From NCBI GenBank assembly GCA_902806335.1, contig CADCWG010000290.1, positions 1-54,035 of the forward strand: a stretch of 54,035 bases of DNA, given 5' to 3'. Source of the stretch: an uncultured Thermomicrobiales bacterium. GTDB taxonomy: Bacteria; Chloroflexota; Chloroflexia; Thermomicrobiales; UBA6265. The translations under genes and the position numbers were made by a program. The notes below the pieces were generated by a model. It ran no database searches and was not told the origin of the DNA. It saw only the letters and a program-made list of their open reading frames with translations. Of this stretch, positions 20,983 to 32,479 are shown in pieces; within the stretch, counting starts at the first letter, position 1, and every line of letters starts with the position of its first letter.

Positions 20983-21628
20983 CGGGCCCTCGGTCGAGAG
21001 CGCGACCCTCCTTCGGACTCCCAACGGTCAGAGCGCAACCGACGCGGCGGGCGAGGCAGACGCGCCCTAAAGGGCCCGCTCGGCCCTCGGATGCCTCTAC
21101 GGGCAGGGGTCGTCACCCGCGCTGGGGTGAGGGCGCGGTCATCCTGGCGATACCACCGCACCCGGGGCCGCATTCTCTGACCGCCGCTCGGTCCCACCCC
21201 GGGGCCAGCAGCGACTAGGCATGCCGATTACGCGGTTCTGCGGATCCCCGTCCCGCCCCGCGACTCTACCGTGTAGGCGAGGGTAAATCCGGCCGCGCCG
21301 GCCACCCTGGGGACGGGGAGCACGCTCGGGTAAGGAGCGCCGGTCGTCCAGGAGACGACCAGTGCAGGGGTCTGCCCTCAATCCCACCGCCGCACCCGAC
21401 GCCGGCACCTGTCGACGATCGGCGTCGCCCTGAGGACCAGCGCCCCTGGAGCCTTGCCCAGGGTCCGCGCGGGAGCGCGTCGGCCGTCCCACGACCCGAC
21501 CAGCTCTCTCCCCTTCGGCAGATTCCTCGTCTCCGTAGGGTCCGGAAAGGAGGAAGCGCCCAACAACTTCTCACGGATGTTTTCAGCAGTCGGGACGTCC
21601 GAACGTCCACACCGAGGGAGTTTCAGCC

Positions 21629-22342
21629 TTGACTAAGATCATGATGGTCGCCGGGATCGTCGCCCTGTTCGCCGCGTCACTCGTCTCGCCCGTGCGCGCT
21701 CGCGCCCAGTCGGACGGCTACCGGTTCCGCACCGAAGCCGTCCACGCCGACCTCTCGTCGGTCGATCCCGTGACGGGATACGTGACCGAGGTCACCGTGT
21801 ACGCCGCCGACGACCAGGGCTACAAGGAATCGGGATCTGCCGGTGCCCCCGAGCGGATCTCCAAGCTCTTCGTCACGATCTCGCAGTACGACCCATCTTG
21901 CGTCGGCGGGGGCGGCGGACCCAAGGTCGCTGCCGAGGCGGAGCCGGGCGGGGGCGACCCCGACTGCTACGGCCGCGACCTTGAAGGCAGCTTCCCCCCC
22001 AAGGACTCCACCGACAGCCTTCCCGAGGATGCGTTCGTCGTGAGCAGTCACCAGCTCGACGGTGCCTGGCTCACCACCACGTTGACGCTCATCGACGACA
22101 TCGAGGACGACCCGAGTCAGCACATTCAAGCAGCCATCGCGCTGACGTGGACCGCGACGGGCGGCATCAGCCCGATCCGGGCGAACTGGCTCGATCACAC
22201 GCCGCCCGAGACCTCGACCGGTCACGTCAACGCCCGGACGCGCGACGCGGTCGCCTCCGGCACGATCGCCTTCGAGGGCGTCTCGTACGATCTGACCAGC
22301 TCCTTCGCCAGCATTGCCGACTTCCAGCAGATCAGCACGTAA
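21629..22342 (+). CDS. Secreted hypothetical protein (TTG start, signal peptide)
   Basis: 'MTKIMMVAGIVALFAASLVSPVRARAQS' signal peptide. No recognisable domain. Confidence 0.55.
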   Translation: MTKIMMVAGIVALFAASLVSPVRARAQSDGYRFRTEAVHADLSSVDPVTGYVTEVTVYAADDQGYKESGSAGAPERISKLFVTISQYDPSCVGGGGGPKVAAEAEPGGGDPDCYGRDLEGSFPPKDSTDSLPEDAFVVSSHQLDGAWLTTTLTLIDDIEDDPSQHIQAAIALTWTATGGISPIRANWLDHTPPETSTGHVNARTRDAVASGTIAFEGVSYDLTSSFASIADFQQIST

Positions 22343-22480
22343 GCCCTCGGTAGGGTGCTTCGCGACCGTGGGCGTGCCACCTCCGATCGGCGCGCGCGGC
22401 GCCGCCGGGCTTCCTCCCGACGGCGCCGCGCGGTCGAGTGGTGACACCCGTATCGACCCGCCGCGTGAATCCGGCGGGCG

Positions 22481-23089
22481 CTAGAACGAGACGCAGACCG
22501 GGGTCGCGTCGTCCGAGCGCAGCACCGACTGCTGCTGGAACGCCGTCTCGTAGGCGGCGCGGATCTCCTCGATCGCCTCGCCGCTGGTGGCCGCGAAGTC
22601 CGCGGGGTAGAGCAGGATGACAAGCACGCTCCGCTCCTGGACCACGCGCTCGCGGTCGTCCTGGAACTGGCCGAGCCCCGTCATCACGGTCAGCCCGTCG
22701 GGAAACCGGGGCGTGATCTCCTCGTCGAGGAAGCCGTCCCAGTCAGCCTCCGAGACCTCGGTGCCGTCCGGCTTGGCGGTCCCGAAGAAGAGCTCGGTGC
22801 GGACGAACGGCTCGGCCTCGGCGCCGGACGACTCCTCACATTCGGCACCGGCGGGGATCGAGGTCGATCCGTCCTGGTGGCGGGGGCCGGAATCAGCGGC
22901 AACGTCGGCTGCCGCCGGGTCGCGCTCGCCGAGGGCGGCAGGCGCAAGGTTGCCGACGCCCTGCGCCGCTACCAGCAGCGCCAGCGCCAGGGTGACCAAC
23001 CGGGCGAAGCCGGACGTGCGGCGGATGACGGTCGAGATCCTCGTGTTCACCGTCTCATCACTCCTGTTCGATCTGGCGACTCGCGGCAT
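22481..23089 (-). CDS. DUF3574-like secreted protein/lipoprotein
   Basis: N-terminal hydrophobic signal 'LVTLALALLVAAQG' and a conserved-looking core 'ELFFGTAKPDGTEVSEADWDGFLDEEITPRFPDGLTVMTGLGQ'. Confidence 0.55.
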   Translation of the reverse strand: MPRVARSNRSDETVNTRISTVIRRTSGFARLVTLALALLVAAQGVGNLAPAALGERDPAAADVAADSGPRHQDGSTSIPAGAECEESSGAEAEPFVRTELFFGTAKPDGTEVSEADWDGFLDEEITPRFPDGLTVMTGLGQFQDDRERVVQERSVLVILLYPADFAATSGEAIEEIRAAYETAFQQQSVLRSDDATPVCVSF

Positions 23090-23547
23090 CCCGCGTGGTC
23101 GCCCGCTGGTATGTCGCGGTCGGCTCCGGCCGCCCCCACGGACGGCGCGCTCCTACTGCCCCTGCCGCGTGGCGGCGCGGCCTGTTCGCTCGGTCGCCCC
23201 CCCCGCGACGGCAACACGGGCCGGTCACGCTGGGACCGCACGGGCGACCCGCGTCTGACTTCGCGGCCTTTCCGCGAACCACATGGCCGGGCCGTGCTAG
23301 ACCCCGGCTGCCCCTCGCGAGCGGCCCGGGCGGTTCGCCCCGGCCGCCGCGACCGAGACGTTCTTGCGGTCCGAACCCGGCCCGAAGTGGCCCGAGCGGA
23401 CCCACCGGCGCCGTGACCGCCGCTGCCAGCATGGCCCCTCCACCGGAAGCGCTCATCGGCAGGATTGCCGGTTCCTCGGCGGGGCGGGAGGCAGGCACGG
23501 GGCACGAAAGCCCGGAGCATTACCGTCCCGTCGCCGGTCGGGCCGGT

Positions 23548-23577
23548 TTGACCCCCAACGACGGGCGCTCCTATACT
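23548..23577 (+). promoter_or_regulatory. Sigma-A-type promoter TTGACC-18-TATACT for secD
   Basis: Read directly from 'ttgacccccaacgacgggcgctcctatact', ~90-120 nt upstream of the secD start. Confidence 0.5.
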
Positions 23578-23666
23578 CGGGGCCATCCACACCCCGGGGT
23601 CGCGGCCTCGGACCGTGACCTTGCCTTTTCCCCGGCCCGTGCGCGTCGCGAACGACGGCGTGCGGG

Positions 23667-25169
23667 GTGCCGGTGGCCTGCCTTGAGGTGACCGGCGTGC
23701 GCATCCGTCCCCTGTACACCTTCCTCCTGATCCTGCTCATCAGCGCCGGCGCGACCTGGCTGGCGCTGCCGACCGACGTCCTCAACATCGGCGGCGTCAA
23801 GGACGACGTCGACATCAATGAGGGGCTGGACCTCCAGGGCGGCCTCCAGGTGCTGCTCGAGGCCAGGCCGGTCGCGGGCCAGGACCTCGACTCGGACACC
23901 CTCGCCGGCACCCGCGACACCATCGAGCGCCGGGTCAACGGCCTCGGCGTGAGCGAGCCCGTCGTCCAGACCCGCGGCGACGACCAGATCAGCGTCGAGC
24001 TGCCCGGCGTCGACGACCCCGACGAGGCGATCCGCGTCCTCCAGGAGACCGCCTTCCTCGAGATCATCGACAGCCAGGGACAGTCCATCCCCGAGGGTGC
24101 GGTCCTCACGACCAACCTCGGCGGTCCGGAGACGGTGCAGGCCGCCGAAGGGACGCCGGGGGCCTCCCCGGTCGCGTCGCCCGTCGCCGGCTCCCCGGCT
24201 GCCGGCGCGTCTCCGGCGGCCTCGCCCGGTGCCTCGCCGGCGGCGGAGCCGACCCCAACCCCAGACGGTCCGGTCTTCACCACGATCGTCCAGGGCAGCG
24301 ACCTGGAGGACGCCTACATCACCACCGACCAGCTCGGTCGCCAGGTGGTCGGCTTCGACCTCAAGGGCGACGCGGCCGACCGCTTCTTCGAGTTCACCAG
24401 CAACAACATCGGCCGGCCGATGTCGATCCTGGTCGACAAGCAGGTCATCTCGTCGCCGGTGATCAACGGCGCGATCTCCGACCAGGGGATCATCCAGGTC
24501 CCGAACGCGCAGGAGGTCCGCGCGCTGGTCCTCCAGCTCAAGGCCGGCTCGCTGCAGGTACCGCTGGAAGTCGTCTCCAGCAACCTGATCGGGCCGTCGC
24601 TGGGTCAGGACTCGATCGACCGCAGCCTGATCGCCGGGATCATCGGCCTGGGCACGGTCGCCCTCTTCATGATCCTCTACTACCGCCTACCGGGTCTCCT
24701 CTCGGTCGTCGCGCTCCTCATCTACACCGCCGTCTCGTTCGCCATCTTCAAGCTGATCGGCGTCACGCTGACCCTGGCCGGGATCGCGGGCTTCATCCTC
24801 TCGATCGGCATGGCGGTCGACGCCAACGTGCTGATCTTCGCCCGGCTCAAAGAGGAGCTGCGGACGGGGCGGACGCTCGATCGGGCGGTCGAGGCGGCGT
24901 TCACGAACGCCTTCCCCTCGATCCGCGACTCGAATGCCTCGACCCTGATCACCTGCGCGATCCTCTACTACTTCGGCAACTCCACCGGCACCACCATCAT
25001 CACCGGCTTCGCGATCACGCTCGGCATCGGCGTGCTGGTCAGCCTCTTCAGCGCGGTGCTCGTCTCCCGCAACTTCATGCGGCTGATGGTCTCGTCCGGC
25101 GCGATCCGCGACCGCTGGTGGTACGGCATCGACCACGCCGAGCGCCAGGCGGTGGGGACCGGCGACTAG
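23667..25169 (+). CDS. secD: Protein translocase subunit SecD (alternative GTG start at 23697)
   Basis: N-terminal TM, a large periplasmic domain ('LDLQGGLQVLLEA...ISVELPGVDDPDEAIRVL'), and a C-terminal 6-TM bundle 'GIAGFILSIGMAVDANVLIFARLKEEL'. Confidence 0.9.
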   Translation: MPVACLEVTGVRIRPLYTFLLILLISAGATWLALPTDVLNIGGVKDDVDINEGLDLQGGLQVLLEARPVAGQDLDSDTLAGTRDTIERRVNGLGVSEPVVQTRGDDQISVELPGVDDPDEAIRVLQETAFLEIIDSQGQSIPEGAVLTTNLGGPETVQAAEGTPGASPVASPVAGSPAAGASPAASPGASPAAEPTPTPDGPVFTTIVQGSDLEDAYITTDQLGRQVVGFDLKGDAADRFFEFTSNNIGRPMSILVDKQVISSPVINGAISDQGIIQVPNAQEVRALVLQLKAGSLQVPLEVVSSNLIGPSLGQDSIDRSLIAGIIGLGTVALFMILYYRLPGLLSVVALLIYTAVSFAIFKLIGVTLTLAGIAGFILSIGMAVDANVLIFARLKEELRTGRTLDRAVEAAFTNAFPSIRDSNASTLITCAILYYFGNSTGTTIITGFAITLGIGVLVSLFSAVLVSRNFMRLMVSSGAIRDRWWYGIDHAERQAVGTGD

Positions 25170-25243
25170 GCGGGGCTCCGCGGAGACGATCGAATGGGCC
25201 TCGGTGATGACCCCGCGGCGGGGATAGGGCAGGGCGACCGACG

Positions 25244-26197
25244 ATGAACCACCTGGCGGGCAAGCGTTACCTCTGGTTCGCGATCTCCCTGATCGTGATC
25301 GTGCCGGGTCTGATCTCGCTGGTCGTCAGCGGGCTGCGCCTGGGCATCGACTTCACCGGCGGCACCCAGCTCCAGCTCTCGTTCGCCGACCCCGTGTCCA
25401 GCGACCGGATCACGGACGTGCTCGAAGCGCAGGGCTACGACGGCACGATCGTCCAGTCGATCGACGCCGGCGACGGCAACGCCTTCCAGGTCAAGATGCC
25501 GGAGCTGCCGGCCGGCGAGTCGCCCGAGAAGGTGGCCCTGTACGCCGCGCTCACCGATCAGGTCGGGCCCTTCGACGAGCTCTCGATCTCCACGATCGGC
25601 TCGTCGGTCTCGGACGCGATCACCCGCAACTCGTTCCTGGCCGTCGGCGTCGCCTCGCTCGGGATCCTCGCCTACATCGCCTTCGCCTTCCGCAACACCC
25701 AGAACCCGCTCCTCTACGGGACCTGCGCGATTATCGCCATGCTCCACGACGTCCTGGTGGTGGTCGGCGTCTTCTCGATCCTGGGGGCGGTCGCCGACGT
25801 CCAGGTCGACACCCTCTTCGTGACCGCGCTGCTGACGGTGATCGGCTTCTCGGTCCACGACACGATCGTCGTCTTCGACCGGATCCGCGAGAACCTGGCC
25901 CGGCGCACGTCCTCCTCCTTCGAGGAGACCGTGAACTACAGCATCGCCCAGACGATCGTGCGCTCGCTCAACACCTCGGTCACCGTCGTCTTCACCCTGC
26001 TCGCGCTCTACCTGTTCGGCGGGACGACGACCCGGGAGTTCGTGCTCGCCCTCCTGATCGGCGTGATCAGCGGCACGTACTCCTCGATCTTCAATGCCAG
26101 CCAGCTCCTGGTGGCCTGGGAGAACGGCGAGATCCAGCGGTTCTTTGGCCGCTTCCGGGGCCGCAACACCGGACCGATCGTCCAGCCGTCCCGGTGA
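25244..26197 (+). CDS. secF: Protein translocase subunit SecF
   Basis: 'GIDFTGGTQLQLSF...' and 'TIGFSVHDTIVVFDRIRENL', the conserved SecF motifs. Immediately downstream of secD. Confidence 0.9.
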   Translation: MNHLAGKRYLWFAISLIVIVPGLISLVVSGLRLGIDFTGGTQLQLSFADPVSSDRITDVLEAQGYDGTIVQSIDAGDGNAFQVKMPELPAGESPEKVALYAALTDQVGPFDELSISTIGSSVSDAITRNSFLAVGVASLGILAYIAFAFRNTQNPLLYGTCAIIAMLHDVLVVVGVFSILGAVADVQVDTLFVTALLTVIGFSVHDTIVVFDRIRENLARRTSSSFEETVNYSIAQTIVRSLNTSVTVVFTLLALYLFGGTTTREFVLALLIGVISGTYSSIFNASQLLVAWENGEIQRFFGRFRGRNTGPIVQPSR

Positions 26198-26458
26198 CCC
26201 CGCCGCCGGGCCGGCGGGACGGCGCGGCCGCGACGGGGTCCGGTGGTACACTCTTACGCCGCGCGTGGGACGGCCCGGTGCCTGGCCCCGCGCGTCCGTG
26301 TGTCTCCCGGTTCGGTCCGACAGGCGAGCGAGCGACGGCGGCGAATCGCCGCCCGGGCGTTGGGATGCTCGCCGTCGCGCCGGTGCCGGCCGCGCGAGTG
26401 TGGCCCCGCGTGGCACGTCTGCGATCTAAGGGGCTCGACGAGCTAAAAGGGGGGGGAA

Positions 26459-28612
<2,154 letters not shown>

Positions 28613-28701
28613 CGTCTGGCGAAGCGGGGCCAGGCGCCACCGTCCTGGGCTAGAATGCCCGGACACGCCACGACCGCGCCTGACCAGCGGGTCACCGAGC
28701 C

Positions 28702-28731
28702 GACGGGCGGACCACTCCCGGTCCGCCCGTC
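28702..28731 (+). terminator. Perfect 12-bp-stem hairpin gacgggcggacc-actccc-ggtccgcccgtc between hppA and the FAD oxidoreductase gene, with no U-tract
   Basis: Perfect inverted repeat read from the sequence, 90 nt after the hppA stop. Confidence 0.4.
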
Positions 28732-28773
28732 GCCACGTCCGGGCACTTTCGATCGCACCCCCAGGGAGGCAGC

Positions 28774-30195
28774 ATGGCCGACCCCACCGGAACCCCGACC
28801 CTGACCGTCGCCGCGCCGTCCCCTGAGCGGACCGGCCCACCGTCGCGCATCGCATCGGCCGGCGACGGCCGGCGCCATGTCGGCGTGATCGGCGGCGGCG
28901 TCGCCGGTCTCACCACCGCCCTCCGGCTGGCCCAGGGCGGCCACCGGGTGACCCTCTGGGAGCGCGGCAAGGCCTTCGGCGGCCAGGCCGTGGCCTTCCC
29001 GGTCGCCGGGGGCCACCTCGAGCACTTCTACCACCACCTCTTCCAGAGCGACCGCGACATCGCCGGCCTCGCCGAGGAGCTCGGCGTCGGGGACAAGCTG
29101 GTCTGGTTGCCCTCCAACGTCGGCTACTTCGCCGACGGCAAGATCTGGCCGCTCAACGGCGCCGTCGACCTCCTCAAGCTCGGCTTCATCCCCTTCCCGG
29201 ATCGCGTGCGGCTCGGCGCGGTCACCTTCTACCTGCAGAAGGTCAAGGATTGGAAGAAGTTCGAGCGCGTCACCGCCCACGACTGGCTGCGCCGGGCGCT
29301 CGGGCAGCGGGCCTACGACCGGACCCTCGGCGCCCAGCTCCGGGCGAAGTTCGGCCGCTACCACGACCAGGTGGCGATGGTCTGGTTCTGGGGCAAGATC
29401 TGGCTGCGGACCACCTCGCGCCGCTCGCCGCTCGACCAGGAGAAGCTCGGCTACTTCAAAGGCTCCTTCAACACCATCATCGACGCGATGGTCTCGGGTG
29501 CGCGGGAGGCCGGCGCCGACCTCCACCTCGGTGAGGGGCCGAGCGAGCTTCGCCAGCGTTCCGACGGCTCCTGGGACGTCCTGATCGAGGGCGGCGAGGC
29601 GGTCCATTGTGACACCGTCGTCTCGACGGTCCCCTCGCCGATCATGGCCCGCCTCGTGCCGGCGCTGCCCGGGGACTACCGGGCGAAGCTGCTCGGGCTG
29701 ACCTACGAGGCGGCGGCGGTGGCGGTGCTGGAGATGGACCGCAAGCTGACCGACATCTACTGGCTCAACGTCGCCGACGAGGCGATTCCCTTCACCGCCG
29801 TGATCGAGCACACCAACTTCTACGGCCCCGAGCACTACGACGGCAGCCACTTCCTCTACCTGAGCAAGTACCTGGAGACCGATCACCCCTACTTCTCGAT
29901 GCCGGCGGACGACCTGATCGCCGAGTATCTGCCCTACCTCAAGCGGCTGAACCCCGACTTCGACCCGAGCTGGGTCAAGCGGACGTGGGTCTTCCGCGAG
30001 AAGGCCGCCCAGCCGATCGTGACCCTGAACTACTCGGAGAAGCTGCCCGACCACCGGACGCCGCTCGCCAACCTCTACCTGGCGAACACGAGCCAGATCT
30101 ACCCCGAGGACCGCGGCACCAACTACAGTGTCCGGCTCGGCAACGACATCAGCAAGCTCGTCCTCGGCGACCTCGCCAGGGCGACGGCCGGGTAG
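28774..30195 (+). CDS. FAD-dependent oxidoreductase (amine-oxidase/phytoene-desaturase fold)
   Basis: N-terminal Rossmann dinucleotide-binding motif 'HVGVIGGGVAGLTTALRLAQGGHRVTLWE'. Overall size and layout match this family. Confidence 0.7.
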   Translation: MADPTGTPTLTVAAPSPERTGPPSRIASAGDGRRHVGVIGGGVAGLTTALRLAQGGHRVTLWERGKAFGGQAVAFPVAGGHLEHFYHHLFQSDRDIAGLAEELGVGDKLVWLPSNVGYFADGKIWPLNGAVDLLKLGFIPFPDRVRLGAVTFYLQKVKDWKKFERVTAHDWLRRALGQRAYDRTLGAQLRAKFGRYHDQVAMVWFWGKIWLRTTSRRSPLDQEKLGYFKGSFNTIIDAMVSGAREAGADLHLGEGPSELRQRSDGSWDVLIEGGEAVHCDTVVSTVPSPIMARLVPALPGDYRAKLLGLTYEAAAVAVLEMDRKLTDIYWLNVADEAIPFTAVIEHTNFYGPEHYDGSHFLYLSKYLETDHPYFSMPADDLIAEYLPYLKRLNPDFDPSWVKRTWVFREKAAQPIVTLNYSEKLPDHRTPLANLYLANTSQIYPEDRGTNYSVRLGNDISKLVLGDLARATAG

Positions 30196-30327
30196 CGAGG
30201 TCGCGGGCACCCCGGTCAATGGCATCCAGTGCATCAGCAGGGGCATTCGTCGCGGCAACGATCCCGCCGCGGCGTGTGTTCCCGAGATGCCCGCGGTTCG
30301 AACGCCGCCACCGTCGGAGTTCGAGCG

Positions 30328-31239
30328 TCAGACCGCCGACCAGAGCGCCTGGCCGTCTCGGACCTCGTGGCGGACTCGCCCTTCCCGGGCGAGGTGCGAG
30401 AGGAAGGCGAGCGCCGTCGGCTGGAGCAGGTAGTAGGCGGGCGCGTCCGATACCGTGGCGCCGAAGTGCCGGAGCAGACCGGCCAGCACCGCCCCGGCGG
30501 TGGCCGGAGCGGCAAGGAGCGCCACGGTCCGCGCGGCCACGGCGTCGACCAACTCGCGGTTGCGACCGATCAGCGCGAGCAGATCGGAGGGAGTGAGGGT
30601 CGGCCCGTGACCCGGCACTGCCACCTCGCAGGGCACCTCGGCGGCGGTGCCGAGCGCGCGCAGGTGGTCCGTCACCGAGTAGAGGTACGGGATCCGGTAC
30701 TTGTCGAGCACCGCCTCGGGCAGCACCACGTCGGCGCAGAAGAAGACCCCACCCACCCGGTAGCCGACCTGGTTCGGCGAGTGCCCGGCCAGGGGCACCA
30801 CGTCGATCCGCTCGCCACCGACCTCGAGGGGACCGGGCGCGACCACCTCGTCGACCGGCCCGGGGTCGGCGAGCAGGAAGCGTCCCCGCAGCGCGTCGAG
30901 CGGGTCGGCGCCCCCGTAGAGCAGGGTAGGCTGGAGGAGCGGGTAGCGCAGCACCGCCTCGTCGATCGCCGGCGCGTAGACCCGTGCCCCGGTCCGCTTG
31001 ACCACGGCGGCGTTGCCGCCGAAGTGGTCGGCGTGGGCATGGGTGGTCAGGATCGCGGCCACCTCCCCCCAGCCGGCCTCGCGGACGGCCTTCAGCGCCC
31101 GCTTGGCGGCGGTATCGTTCAGCCCCGTGTCCACCAGCAGCGTCCGCCCATCCGCCGCGCGGATCGCGCCGATGTTGACGCCACCGGGCACGTACCCGAC
31201 CCCCGGCACCAGTTCGACGAGCATCTGCCCCCGATCCAT
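30328..31239 (-). CDS. MBL-fold metallo-hydrolase
   Basis: 'ILTTHAHADHFGGNAAV' (HxHxDH motif) plus downstream His/Asp ligands. The upstream part of ORF 30328..32046 is an unterminated extension. ATG at 31239. Confidence 0.8.
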   Translation of the reverse strand: MDRGQMLVELVPGVGYVPGGVNIGAIRAADGRTLLVDTGLNDTAAKRALKAVREAGWGEVAAILTTHAHADHFGGNAAVVKRTGARVYAPAIDEAVLRYPLLQPTLLYGGADPLDALRGRFLLADPGPVDEVVAPGPLEVGGERIDVVPLAGHSPNQVGYRVGGVFFCADVVLPEAVLDKYRIPYLYSVTDHLRALGTAAEVPCEVAVPGHGPTLTPSDLLALIGRNRELVDAVAARTVALLAAPATAGAVLAGLLRHFGATVSDAPAYYLLQPTALAFLSHLAREGRVRHEVRDGQALWSAV

Positions 31240-31497
31240 CCGACGACGCACGGTGACGCCGGCCCCGACTCTGCCCGCCCGTCCCGGCCGCCCGCCAGAC
31301 TCGGCGGACTGCCAGCCTCGGCCATTGTAGGGGGCAGCGATCGCCCCACCCCACGGGATGCCCGTCCCCGGCCTGTGTCCCGCGGGATCGTCACCCCTGG
31401 CCGTCACCGGGGACCCGCACGAAGCCGTCCCGTCGTCGCCTTCCCCGCTCGCTATACTCGCGCCAATCGCCGCTTCGCCGCTGGAGAACCGCCCACC

Positions 31498-32433
31498 GTG
31501 TCGACCTTGACCGCCGCGCCGATCCGCCACGTCGTCGAGGTCGGGCAGTTCGACCGTGCCTGGCTCGAGACGCTCTTCGACCGCGCCGACCGGATGCGCG
31601 ACCTCCCGCGGGACGCCGACCCGCTCCGGGGTCGGATCCTGGCGACGCTCTTCTACGAGCCCTCGACCCGGACCCGGCTCAGCTTCGAGTCGGCCATGCT
31701 CCGCCTCGGCGGCCAGGTCGTGTCCACCGAGAACGCCCGCGAGTTCTCGTCGGCGATCAAGGGAGAGTCCGTCGAGGACACCGTGCGGATCGTCGCCGGG
31801 TACGCCGACGCGATCGTGATCCGCCACCACGAGCAGGGCGCGGCGGCGCGCGCGGCCGCCGTCTCGCCGGTGCCGGTCCTCAACGGCGGCGACGGGCCGG
31901 GCGAGCACCCGACCCAGGCGCTGCTCGACCTCTACACGATCCGCCACGAGCGGGGCCGGATCGACGGCCTCCGCGTCGCCCTGGTCGGCGACCTCCGGTT
32001 CGGACGCGCCGCCCGCTCCCTGGCGCTGCTCCTCGGCCTGACCCACGACACCGAGCTAGTCTTCGTCTCCCCGCCCGCGGTGCCCATGGGCGACGACGTC
32101 CGCGCCGCCCTCGATGCCCGCGGCGTGCGGTACCGAGACGAGCCGGACCTGGCCCGGGTGCTGCCGGAGGTCGATATCGTCTACCAGACCCGCATCCAGC
32201 GGGAGCGCTTCGCCACCCCGCAGGAGTACGCCGCCTCGCGCGGCGTCTACGTGATCGACCGCGCGGCGCTCGGGCGGATGCGCCCGGACGCCGTGGTCAT
32301 GCACCCCCTGCCGCGGGTCGACGAGATCGCCGCCGAGGTCGACGCCGACCCCCGGGCCGCCTATTTCCGGCAGGCGCAGAACGGCGTCTTCGTCCGGATG
32401 GCGCTGCTCGAGTTGCTGCTGGCCGGCGACTGA
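31498..32433 (+). CDS. pyrB: Aspartate carbamoyltransferase catalytic subunit
   Basis: 'YEPSTRTRLSFE', 'HPTQALLD', 'HPLP' and the C-terminal 'QAQNGVFVRMALLELLL' are ATCase signatures (HPLP rather than the HCLP of OTC). GTG start. 311 aa. Confidence 0.88.
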   Translation: MSTLTAAPIRHVVEVGQFDRAWLETLFDRADRMRDLPRDADPLRGRILATLFYEPSTRTRLSFESAMLRLGGQVVSTENAREFSSAIKGESVEDTVRIVAGYADAIVIRHHEQGAAARAAAVSPVPVLNGGDGPGEHPTQALLDLYTIRHERGRIDGLRVALVGDLRFGRAARSLALLLGLTHDTELVFVSPPAVPMGDDVRAALDARGVRYRDEPDLARVLPEVDIVYQTRIQRERFATPQEYAASRGVYVIDRAALGRMRPDAVVMHPLPRVDEIAAEVDADPRAAYFRQAQNGVFVRMALLELLLAGD

Positions 32434-32479
32434 CTTCCCACAGGCCCGCCGCTTGGCCGGGGCCGCCACGGAGTCCGCG

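Noticed and set aside
31437-31445. Apparent +1 frame discrepancy between my reading of the printed sequence and the ORF-track translation around 31440 (gcc-ttc versus gcc-tcc)
   Set aside because: Most likely my own character-counting slip. ORF-track coordinates were used for pyrB (31498..32433) and for the DUF4242-like gene (44465..44767).
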